DNA of 28,118 nucleotides from Pseudomonadota bacterium (GTDB lineage Bacteria; Bdellovibrionota; FAC87; UBA2466): NCBI GenBank assembly GCA_043767805.1, contig JAYUGC010000115.1, positions 1 to 28,118 of the forward strand, read 5' to 3'. Shown piece by piece: positions 15,974 to 23,923 of this stretch (position 1 is its first letter; each line of letters starts with the position of its first letter). The notes under the pieces were generated by a model. It saw only the letters and a program-made list of their open reading frames with translations, ran no database searches and was not told where the DNA came from. The position numbers and the translations under genes were made by a program.

Positions 15974-17881
15974 GTGCGTTTTAGATTCCTTTTAGTCTTG
16001 CTGCTCCTAGTCACTTTTTCGCCCTCCAGCTCGAACGCTACCCTTGAAGAAGACCTCTGCAAGTACCGCTATGGCGCCATCAGCGGCTGGAAAAGCGAAA
16101 AGGGACAGCTCGAGAGGGCTCTCGCGAAGCTTCCCGATTCGGAGCGCCAGGGCTACCAGGATGCCCTGGACGCTCTCTATTTCGTGAACTACCAGCATCT
16201 GGGCCCAGAGCTTTTGGAGAGCTACCTAAAGGGTACCCCTCTGTGGAAGGCGACTTTCCCCCGCGCGGAAGACGGCGGCGTTTGGAAGATTCTCGGATAC
16301 CGTTTCAAAGTGGGCGAAGGGCATTCCGCTTTGACCAACTATCGCTTCGCCAAGGAACAGCTCAAAAAATTGAGGGGTCGCCCGACGGCGAAAGATTTCG
16401 CGAGGCTTCATTCCCAGCTCTTTCACCTCGACCCCCGCGTGAAAGCCGGAGAGTACTTGGAAGCGAGAGCCAGCGCCGAAGTGGATGCCTTACTCGCCAA
16501 CTTTTACGAGCGCGCCGCGAGCTTTAAGAACTTGGAAGACCCGCAGCAGGTCGATGATTTCATCACGCGCGCCGCCCGCCTGCACCAGGAACTGGTTATC
16601 GCCCGTCCATTCGGAGAAGGCAGTGAAAGAGCCGCGACCGTGCTTCTCAATCACATTCTGGAAAGCGCCGGCCTTCCGCCCGCGCGCCTTCTCGATCCGC
16701 GCCGAGCTGAGACTTTGAGTAAGAATGACTGGGCGGAGGAAGTGCGTCTCGGCATTCAGTCCACGCGCTTTTTGCGCGACGACATCGTGAATCGGCTCGC
16801 CCACGGGCAGCCGGTTGCCGCGTCTCCCGAGCTTTTGTCGCCTCTCGTTCCCCGCGTGCAAGCGGTGCCTCACAAGAGCGATCGCAAGTCCGATATCGAT
16901 ACGGTAAACCGCGCGCTGCCCATCAGCGGCGGGCAATACGCCGCCTACCTGTCGCAGCGGTTTGCCCAAGATCCGTCACTGCGCGCGAACTTGAAAAATC
17001 GGCCGCAGAAGACCGCGGCTAAGCTCTACGAGGATTTTCTCGAGTGGACCGACCACACCCGCCACGACCTCTTCCACAATAAGCAGGGCGAAGAAGAGCT
17101 TCAGTTCGATTTCGTCGAACCGGACTTCTTCAAAGAGTTCGGCGTTACGACCTTCGAGGATCCCAAGGCCTGGCGCGAGAAAATGAGTCGATGGAATCAC
17201 CCGGACCTCATGTGGCGCGGTTTGAGCCATCAGGACAAGGAATTGCCGGACAGCGAGATTCTCTCGATGTTTACGCAGGTCCATCCCCACATGGTCTCCA
17301 ATAAGCTCCTTCAGCTGAGAAGCAACGATCCGGAAGTCTTGCGCCAGGCCGCGCTGAAAGACTTCGCCAAGTACAACGAAGAGCTCTTTAACGGAAAGCT
17401 CCTGCAAATGGCCCGGGACCATACCGAGACAGGCCCCATGTACGGCGATAGTTACGGCATCTCGACTTCGAGCCGGCGGGTCGTCGGTGAGGGATTCGCC
17501 ATGGGCGCCATGGTCATCGCGGAGTACGGCAAGCACCGCACTCCCGAAATGCAGGCCAAATTAAAAGATCGCATCTTGGTCGGCGCTTACCGAGGCAAGA
17601 AGGACGTGGAGATCTCGCGCCTGCGTCACGCCGGGCCGGCGTTTGAGAAGTTCAGTTACATGTACCCTCGCCAAAAAGAAGTCATGGCGATTGGTGCGGC
17701 CGACCCTGATTCCGTGATGCTGGTTCAGCGCGTGGGGGCTAAAGGGGAAGTCGTTCAGTCGTGGGTGCGTAATCCCGAACGGCCGGGCGAAGTCTGGATC
17801 ATTAAAGGCGAGTACCAGCCCGAGAATAGGTTCCCGCCGCCGGACGACGTCGTCATTCGCAAGGTCGATCTAGGGCGCTAG
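15974..17881 (+). CDS. Secreted protein: degenerate Fic (Fido) domain + C-terminal R-S-E class ADP-ribosyltransferase-like domain
   Basis: Signal peptide MRFRFLLVLLLLVTFSPSSSNA; LHQELVIARPFGEGSERAA (His lost) followed by LLNHILESAGLPP; WRG (R415), GISTS (S497), QKEVMAIG (Q567/E569). Confidence 0.8.
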   Translation: MRFRFLLVLLLLVTFSPSSSNATLEEDLCKYRYGAISGWKSEKGQLERALAKLPDSERQGYQDALDALYFVNYQHLGPELLESYLKGTPLWKATFPRAEDGGVWKILGYRFKVGEGHSALTNYRFAKEQLKKLRGRPTAKDFARLHSQLFHLDPRVKAGEYLEARASAEVDALLANFYERAASFKNLEDPQQVDDFITRAARLHQELVIARPFGEGSERAATVLLNHILESAGLPPARLLDPRRAETLSKNDWAEEVRLGIQSTRFLRDDIVNRLAHGQPVAASPELLSPLVPRVQAVPHKSDRKSDIDTVNRALPISGGQYAAYLSQRFAQDPSLRANLKNRPQKTAAKLYEDFLEWTDHTRHDLFHNKQGEEELQFDFVEPDFFKEFGVTTFEDPKAWREKMSRWNHPDLMWRGLSHQDKELPDSEILSMFTQVHPHMVSNKLLQLRSNDPEVLRQAALKDFAKYNEELFNGKLLQMARDHTETGPMYGDSYGISTSSRRVVGEGFAMGAMVIAEYGKHRTPEMQAKLKDRILVGAYRGKKDVEISRLRHAGPAFEKFSYMYPRQKEVMAIGAADPDSVMLVQRVGAKGEVVQSWVRNPERPGEVWIIKGEYQPENRFPPPDDVVIRKVDLGR

Positions 17882-20200
17882 GCTCGAAAGCTTTTTCCAC
17901 GTTCCGTCCTTCAACCGTTGGTACCGGCTCAACGCCAAGAGATGAGTGCCGTTGTACTCCCGGATCTCAACGCGGTTATGCGCGAGCCGGTCGGCTACTC
18001 GACGGTGGAAGCTTCCCAGGTCCTTCGCGTCGACTTGCAGTACGGCCTCCGGGTCGATTCCTCCCGCGTGCAGCACGAGGCGATCCTCCGGGCTGCGGTT
18101 CGCGGCCTTTATGGTCTCCGAAGTCTTTCCGTTGTCGACGGTGGCGACTTCGCGGCGACGGGCGGTAATTTCCACCATTGTTTTGGCGCCGTGCGTGCGC
18201 TCCACGGGAGGTATGCCTTCAAAGAACGTCGGCACGACACCCGCGATCTGTGCGGTGGCCGAGCCGCCGAACCAGCCGTTAGGCCAGCGCTCAACCAGCT
18301 TCGGCGCGCGCACGAGGACCGAGTTGAAATTGGCGAACGCCTCCGTGTTGGGAAGCGGCTTATGCGGCAACGTCACTTTTTGCGGCTCGACGAAGTGCTC
18401 GAGAATGTCTTCATCCGTGAGCTTTTCGGAAATCTCCAGGGCCCGCTTCACCTTTCCGCGGGGGGAGTAGAAGCGTTCCATCTTCGCGTTGAAGGCCGCC
18501 TGATTGTCCGAGAGGCGACCGAAGGATCCGGCGAAAAGCGCCGACGCGAGCCGGTTACCGCGGCCGTTGCCTCGCTCGTAGGTCTGCGAGTCGCGCCATT
18601 TCTTAAAGTCCAGGATCGCGTCCTCTACTCTTTTGTGCTCGCGCGTCCCGGCCGCGACCCAGGCCAGGAACTCGTCGGCGTCGACTCTGTTTTCGTCGGC
18701 GACCTTTGGATCGAGCTGACCGGCGAAGAAGCCCACGGAAACGCCGGTATGAGGAATGCCCGCCGAAGTCAGCCGGTCGAGATCCTGATGGAACTCGCGA
18801 GATACGTCGACCGCGTCATGAAAGAGCTTCTTGAAGTCCGCGCGGGAGAGAAGGACGTCCTCTCCCAAATGCGTCCAAAGCGGTGGCGGGAGATTGTAAT
18901 GACCGAGGAGTTTCTCGGCGAGCATCCTTCCCATGCGGCCGTTGCCGTTGCGATAGGGGTGAATGGAGACGAAGTCGTAATAGAAGTCCGAGACGATATC
19001 GATGGCCTCGTTTTTCGACTTCGCGTTTTTGAGTGATGTCTTGGCCTCTTCCCAGCGAGAAGCGTAGACCTCTTCGACGAAAGCGTTGCGGAGCTTTGCG
19101 TGTGTCTCGCCGTCGAGCATGAGCGTGCTACTGAAGAGAGCCTCTTTGCCGGAGGTGAATCGCTCGTCGGCTTGTTTACTGAGCGCGAGACCCTCGGCTT
19201 CGATTAACTCGTCCCGCTTGGCGTCCGTGATCCACCCGCGCTCGTGCCGCTTGAGGATCTTGTCCCAGTTGTTCAGAAACTCGTTCTGAGCTTCCTTGCG
19301 AATCGTGGCAAGAAGCTTTGCCTCCTCGGCCTCCAAATCGTGGGGTAGCAGCGCCCGGCTCTCCTTTTCCGCGGCTTCCAGTTTCGCAACGAGGCCGGGC
19401 GAGAGCCGCTGAGCGTGATCCCGCCACCGCGACAAGGGCAGGTAGTAAACGAATTCCCTGCGTGTCTCATTGCCCGTGACATAAAGGAGAAAGGGATTCA
19501 CCTCGTGAATTGCCTTAATGTCGCTCGGTGACTCGGTGATGGGCTCGCCCGTAGTGGACCGGCGCAAAACCTCCAAATCCCGGGTCGTGGTGCTTCCAGG
19601 GGAAAAGCCCACTTGAATGGTGCGCACCTTTCCGAGGGCTTCGTTTGGCGTCATCTCGGAATTGTTGGTGAACATCCAGGAGAGAAGGCCTTTGGCCGCA
19701 GGCAAGGTTCTCCACGAAAGGAGCACTCGGTGAGCCTCGTTCAAGTCCTTCAGATCCATCTTGGACAGCGGCTTGGCGTCGAGTACCCCGTGAGCGGAAA
19801 GGTATCCGGTGAAAGGCTGCTGTCCCTCTCTGTCGTAGCGGTCCCCGCGGTGCAGGTAATTGTCCGGGGAGTTCATATTGTCTTGGAGAGTCGCCCAGCG
19901 ATCCGAGAAAAAGTGGTCGTAGTACCACTCGTAAAAACGATCGTACTCCTTGGGAGAAAGCTTGGCTTTTTGCCGGTCGAGGAGACGCTGGCCTAGGAGA
20001 AAGCGCCCCGACGGGTGCAGAGGGCCGGCCCAGTCTCCGGCCGGAATACGGCGGTTGATCGAGGCGTACTTATCCCAGCACTTAAAGAGATCTTCGTCGA
20101 CGGCAAAGCTGCTGACGGCGAGTACGAGCCCCAGGATCGCAAGGCGCGCGAGGGCAGCTGTGCCTCGTATTCTCAATTTTCTAAGACAGGGGGGTACCAA
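17870..20200 (-). CDS. Secreted Fic family protein (intact AMPylation-type motif) with degenerate ART-like C-terminal domain
   Basis: Signal peptide (..LAILGLVLAVSSFA); FVSIHPYRNGNGRMGR canonical Fic motif at 18926-18961; C-terminus aligns by eye with the neighbour's ART domain; start may be TTG at 20176. Confidence 0.85.
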   Translation of the reverse strand: MVPPCLRKLRIRGTAALARLAILGLVLAVSSFAVDEDLFKCWDKYASINRRIPAGDWAGPLHPSGRFLLGQRLLDRQKAKLSPKEYDRFYEWYYDHFFSDRWATLQDNMNSPDNYLHRGDRYDREGQQPFTGYLSAHGVLDAKPLSKMDLKDLNEAHRVLLSWRTLPAAKGLLSWMFTNNSEMTPNEALGKVRTIQVGFSPGSTTTRDLEVLRRSTTGEPITESPSDIKAIHEVNPFLLYVTGNETRREFVYYLPLSRWRDHAQRLSPGLVAKLEAAEKESRALLPHDLEAEEAKLLATIRKEAQNEFLNNWDKILKRHERGWITDAKRDELIEAEGLALSKQADERFTSGKEALFSSTLMLDGETHAKLRNAFVEEVYASRWEEAKTSLKNAKSKNEAIDIVSDFYYDFVSIHPYRNGNGRMGRMLAEKLLGHYNLPPPLWTHLGEDVLLSRADFKKLFHDAVDVSREFHQDLDRLTSAGIPHTGVSVGFFAGQLDPKVADENRVDADEFLAWVAAGTREHKRVEDAILDFKKWRDSQTYERGNGRGNRLASALFAGSFGRLSDNQAAFNAKMERFYSPRGKVKRALEISEKLTDEDILEHFVEPQKVTLPHKPLPNTEAFANFNSVLVRAPKLVERWPNGWFGGSATAQIAGVVPTFFEGIPPVERTHGAKTMVEITARRREVATVDNGKTSETIKAANRSPEDRLVLHAGGIDPEAVLQVDAKDLGSFHRRVADRLAHNRVEIREYNGTHLLALSRYQRLKDGTWKKLSSLAP

Positions 20201-20248
20201 TTATCACCAACCAACAACGTGAGCTTCAATAGAGAACGGGCAATAAGT

Positions 20249-20264
20249 TGCAAACCGGGTACCA
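20249..20264 (-). promoter_or_regulatory. Putative sigma54 (-24/-12) promoter of the Fic gene
   Basis: Minus strand TGGTACCCGGTTTGCA = GG-N10-GC with TTGCA. Confidence 0.65.
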
Positions 20265-20363
20265 GGGTTGGGGGCACTGGCTCTCAAGGGGAATACGGCG
20301 CAAATTTGGCAGGCCGTCGCTCATCTCGACAGGAACGGGAAATCTCTGTTAAGAATCCTTTCC

Positions 20364-20930
20364 ATGAAACTCGATTTCCGTATTCTCAGTTTGGGACTTC
20401 TTCTCTCCTTCGCGGCTCACGGCGCGCACTACGGGGACGCCGAAAAGCGCTTTCAGTTCGACTACGACGATACGAAGTGGGAGATCGTGGCGGCTTCCAA
20501 AGCGGCGCCCACCCAGGACATCGATAAAAACATGGAGGGTCAAACCCTCGTCACCTTGCAACGCAAGGAAGCGGACGAGAAGTACCGGGCGCGTTTCAGC
20601 GTGGTGGTAGACGATCCTTCGAAATTAACGGGCAGCGCGAAAACGGAGCTCGCGGGTTACGCGAAACACGCGGTGGAGTTCATGAAGGATCAGCGCTTCC
20701 ACGTTCTGTCGACGGACGCGAAAATTCTGCCCCGTCTGGGCGCCCCCACTTACGAGATCGTGGCGAACCAGAGGGATTTCGGATTGAGCTTTCGCCAGGT
20801 CGTTTTTTTCTGGGATAAGACCGGAAAGAAAGAAGCGTTTTTACTCACCGCCGCCACTCGGACCAATAAGTACGAGACGTACAAGGCGGAGCTCGATCAG
20901 ATTTTCAACTCTTTCGCCATGAAGCTCTAG
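20364..20930 (+). CDS. Secreted hypothetical protein, PsbP/DcrB-like fold suspected
   Basis: Signal peptide MKLDFRILSLGLLLSFAAHG; FQFDY..KW start and AFLLTAAT..YETYKAELDQIFNSF end are typical of the PsbP/DcrB-like fold. Confidence 0.7.
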   Translation: MKLDFRILSLGLLLSFAAHGAHYGDAEKRFQFDYDDTKWEIVAASKAAPTQDIDKNMEGQTLVTLQRKEADEKYRARFSVVVDDPSKLTGSAKTELAGYAKHAVEFMKDQRFHVLSTDAKILPRLGAPTYEIVANQRDFGLSFRQVVFFWDKTGKKEAFLLTAATRTNKYETYKAELDQIFNSFAMKL

Positions 20931-22116
20931 CCGCTTCGTAAGCGGCGAGCTGAGCGGCGAGATGCGTTTCGGAAGTGTACTCGGCGGCGATTCTTTTGCG
21001 GCCGGCGGCACCCAGCTTTTCCCGAAGCTCCGGGGACCCCAGTAGTTTTGTAAGCCCGGCCGCGAGCGCTTCTACGGAGCCCGGCGGGGTGAGGATCGCG
21101 GTCTCGTCCTTGACCAAAATCTCATTGAGCGCCGGAATGTCGGAGGCGAGCACTGGCCTTCCCAGGGCGGAAGCTTCGGCCGCGGCCATCCCGAAGGTCT
21201 CCGGCCCTAAGTTCGGCTGAGCGACGACGTCGGCGTTGGCGAGGTAGCGAATCGTATCCTCGGGCGAGCAAATCCCCAGGAACTTCACCCGCTCCCCGAG
21301 CGAGAGCTCTTTCGCGAGGGCCTCGAGTTTGCCCCGCTCCGGTCCATCGCCGCAGATCCAAAGATGAGGGTCGTGACCCTGCGCCTGTGAGACCGCGCGC
21401 AGAAGGACGTCGATGCCTTTTAGGGCGACGAGCCGGCTTGCCGCAACTATGAGAGACGCCGGTTTATCGGAGAGGGGCGGCACTTGCTTCGGCACCGAAA
21501 CCGGGTTGGGAACGTAGTGAACGAGAGAGGCCCTCCAGCCGTCGTCGGTGAGCGCGGAAGCGACGTAGTGGCTGACCGCCGCCACCGGCACGTCTCGCAT
21601 CGCGCTTCGCATCAGCCGATACCCGCGAATGGCGTGGGCGCGGTGCAGATCGGTTTTTAAAAAACTCAAGCAGCCGTAAGAGCGGTTGTGGACGAGGCAC
21701 GCCCAGCCGCTTTTTTTGCGGCAAATCTGATTGTCGTTCGTGAGCCGGTGGCTCGCGGGACAGGTGAGCGAGACGAGGTGCGCGGTGATGAGGGTCGGAT
21801 AGCGGCGCGCGATCCAGTCGGCGACTCTCGCCTCCGGCATGGAGATGAGATGGACCACGTCGGGCCGGCTTTCCAGCAGAAAGGTCTGAAGCTTTTCGAA
21901 GTAGGGCGCCATCTCCGCCTTGGGCGTGAGCCAGTGCTTTTGATAGAGGCCCGGCACGGGAAGTAGCCCGCTACTCGGCGGGACATAGGGGCCCAGCGCC
22001 GCCGCGATGAAACGGACGTCGTGGCCGGCCTTTTGAAGGAGCCCCGCCGAATGGGCGACGACCCGCTCTTGCCCATAGGCTCCCCCCAAGCCGTCGGCCA
22101 CCATGACGATGCGCAT
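20905..22116 (-). CDS. GT4 family glycosyltransferase
   Basis: MRIVMV..GAYGQE, AVSHYV, SRLVALKG, ICGDGPER, ETFGMAAAEA, PVLASD; Cys-rich insertion (CPASH..C..C..C). Confidence 0.93.
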   Translation of the reverse strand: MRIVMVADGLGGAYGQERVVAHSAGLLQKAGHDVRFIAAALGPYVPPSSGLLPVPGLYQKHWLTPKAEMAPYFEKLQTFLLESRPDVVHLISMPEARVADWIARRYPTLITAHLVSLTCPASHRLTNDNQICRKKSGWACLVHNRSYGCLSFLKTDLHRAHAIRGYRLMRSAMRDVPVAAVSHYVASALTDDGWRASLVHYVPNPVSVPKQVPPLSDKPASLIVAASRLVALKGIDVLLRAVSQAQGHDPHLWICGDGPERGKLEALAKELSLGERVKFLGICSPEDTIRYLANADVVAQPNLGPETFGMAAAEASALGRPVLASDIPALNEILVKDETAILTPPGSVEALAAGLTKLLGSPELREKLGAAGRKRIAAEYTSETHLAAQLAAYEAARASWRKS

Positions 22117-22242
22117 GGAAGCCATTGTACCAAAGTGGAGGGGTGCGCCTAAGCCTCTCAACTCATTAAGAAAATGACACGTCCCCCCAGGAAGGCCTAG
22201 AGTTCGCTCGGAAAAGTACCCTGAAATCTGATAGAAGCCGAC

Positions 22243-23307
22243 GTGATGGATTCCCGCTACTTAAGACAAGCCCTGGACGAGGCGGACGCCCGTCTGGGCC
22301 TGACTTGCCCGAACCCCGCGGTGGGTGCGGTGCTGGTACGCGGAGAAGAAGTCGTAGGTGTTGGCTCTCACTGGGGCGCGGGCTCGGCCCATGCCGAAGT
22401 GGGGGCCGTGGAGCGGGCAGGGGAGAGGGCCCGCGGCGCCACCCTCTATGTGACTTTGGAGCCTTGTTGCCACCACGGGCGCACGCCTCCTTGCACGGAT
22501 TTGATCAAACAGAGCGGCATCGAGCGCGTGGTGTATGGCCTGCGCGATCCGAACCCGCTGGTTGCGGGCAAAGGGGCCGAAGCGCTGAACCAAGCGGGCA
22601 TTCCTTGCGCGCTTTTGGCCTTGCCCGACGTCGAAGCTTTTTACGAGAGCTACCGGCATTGGACCACGACGGGGCTTCCTTGGGTGACGGCGAAGCTCGC
22701 CGTAAGTCAGGACGGCCGTATCGCGGGGCCGAACGGCGCGCCGATTCAGCTCACTGGCGAGGAAGCTTTCCAGCTCACCCATGACGCTCGCCGCCGCACG
22801 GCCGCGATTTTGACGACGGTGAAAACGGTGCAGGCCGACGATCCGAGCCTCAATGCCCGCGGCGAAGGAGGAGTGCTGGCGAAGCCTGTATTCGTTTTAG
22901 ATCGCCGGGCGGAGTTCCCGCTGACCGCCAAGCTTTGGAAAACGAGCGAGCGGCTCGTGCTTTTTCATGGAGCCGATGCTCCTTTGGATAGCGTCGCGGC
23001 TCTCAAAGACCAGGGAGCCGAGGCCGTCGAGCTTCCGAGCGGCGAGCTCGGTCTTTCGCTGGAAAGCGCGCTACGCTTTATCGGCGAAGCGGGTTATCAC
23101 TCTCTCTGGGTCGAGGCCGGCGGAAAGTTGTTTCAGCGCCTTCTCCAGGAAAAGCGCGTGAACCGCGCAAGAGTCTACGTGGCGCCCGTGACCGTGGGAG
23201 AAGGCGTTCCGGCTTTCGTCCCCGAATCATTTTTAAGCACCGCGGCCTCGGTGCGCTGGAGTAAGGCCGGAGCCGACAAAGTCGGAGATTTCGAGTTCGT
23301 GAGTTAA
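22243..23307 (+). CDS. ribD: Bifunctional riboflavin deaminase/reductase
   Basis: PNPAVGAV, HAE, TLEPCCHHGRTPPC zinc motif, DPNP, DDPSL, VEAGG; start may be ATG at 22246. Confidence 0.97.
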   Translation: MMDSRYLRQALDEADARLGLTCPNPAVGAVLVRGEEVVGVGSHWGAGSAHAEVGAVERAGERARGATLYVTLEPCCHHGRTPPCTDLIKQSGIERVVYGLRDPNPLVAGKGAEALNQAGIPCALLALPDVEAFYESYRHWTTTGLPWVTAKLAVSQDGRIAGPNGAPIQLTGEEAFQLTHDARRRTAAILTTVKTVQADDPSLNARGEGGVLAKPVFVLDRRAEFPLTAKLWKTSERLVLFHGADAPLDSVAALKDQGAEAVELPSGELGLSLESALRFIGEAGYHSLWVEAGGKLFQRLLQEKRVNRARVYVAPVTVGEGVPAFVPESFLSTAASVRWSKAGADKVGDFEFVS

Positions 23308-23311
23308 GCGT

Positions 23312-23923
23312 ATGTTCACAGGCATAGTCGATCATTGCGGAGAGATAAGAGAACGGGTGGCGACCCAGACGGGCCTCCGTCTTCTCATCGCGAGCGGCTT
23401 CACAGATTTGGTCCTCGGAGAAAGTGTCTCGGTCGACGGCGCGTGCCTCACCGTGACGGACGCGACCGCCGATGGTTTCTGGTGTGATTTGTCGGAAGAG
23501 ACTCTTCGGCTCACGCGCGCGGGGACTTATCACCCGGGCTACCGCGTGAACCTGGAGCGTGCGCTTCGCATGGGCGATAGGCTCGGCGGGCACATCGTAA
23601 GCGGGCACGTGGATCGCACCGTCACCGTGAAGTCACGCCGGGAGACCGGCGGCTTCGGGGAATTTCGGTTTACGGGATTTGCGCCCACGGAACGAGGCTA
23701 CCTCGTCCCGAAAGGCAGTGTCGCTTTGAACGGGGTGAGCCTTACGCTGAACGAAGTGCAGGACGGGGAAATCGCCGTCATGCTCATCCCCCACACCTTG
23801 GAAATCACGAACCTGTCCCGGCTTCAGGCCGGCGATACGGTGAACGTGGAATTTGATTGGATGACCAAGCTCATCTTAAACGACGTGCGCCACACCAGGG
23901 CGCTATTGGAGAATCAGCCATGA
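23312..23923 (+). CDS. ribE: Riboflavin synthase alpha chain
   Basis: MFTGIV, GESVSVDGACLTV, VNLERAL, GGHIVSGHVD, KGSVALNGVSLT (named ribC in E. coli). Confidence 0.97.
   Translation: MFTGIVDHCGEIRERVATQTGLRLLIASGFTDLVLGESVSVDGACLTVTDATADGFWCDLSEETLRLTRAGTYHPGYRVNLERALRMGDRLGGHIVSGHVDRTVTVKSRRETGGFGEFRFTGFAPTERGYLVPKGSVALNGVSLTLNEVQDGEIAVMLIPHTLEITNLSRLQAGDTVNVEFDWMTKLILNDVRHTRALLENQP

Noticed and set aside
17918..19036. 372-aa + strand ORF antisense to the Fic gene
   Set aside because: Lies wholly within a motif-bearing gene on the opposite strand, has no recognisable domain, and long shadow ORFs are expected in GC-rich DNA
19100..19135. TLMLDG as a Fic autoinhibitory (S/T)xxxE(G/N) motif
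   Set aside because: Has Asp instead of the required Glu; position cannot be validated without a model
22117..22242. Possible FMN riboswitch upstream of ribD
   Set aside because: No AGGGCGGGG / AAATTCCCGACCG core and too little room
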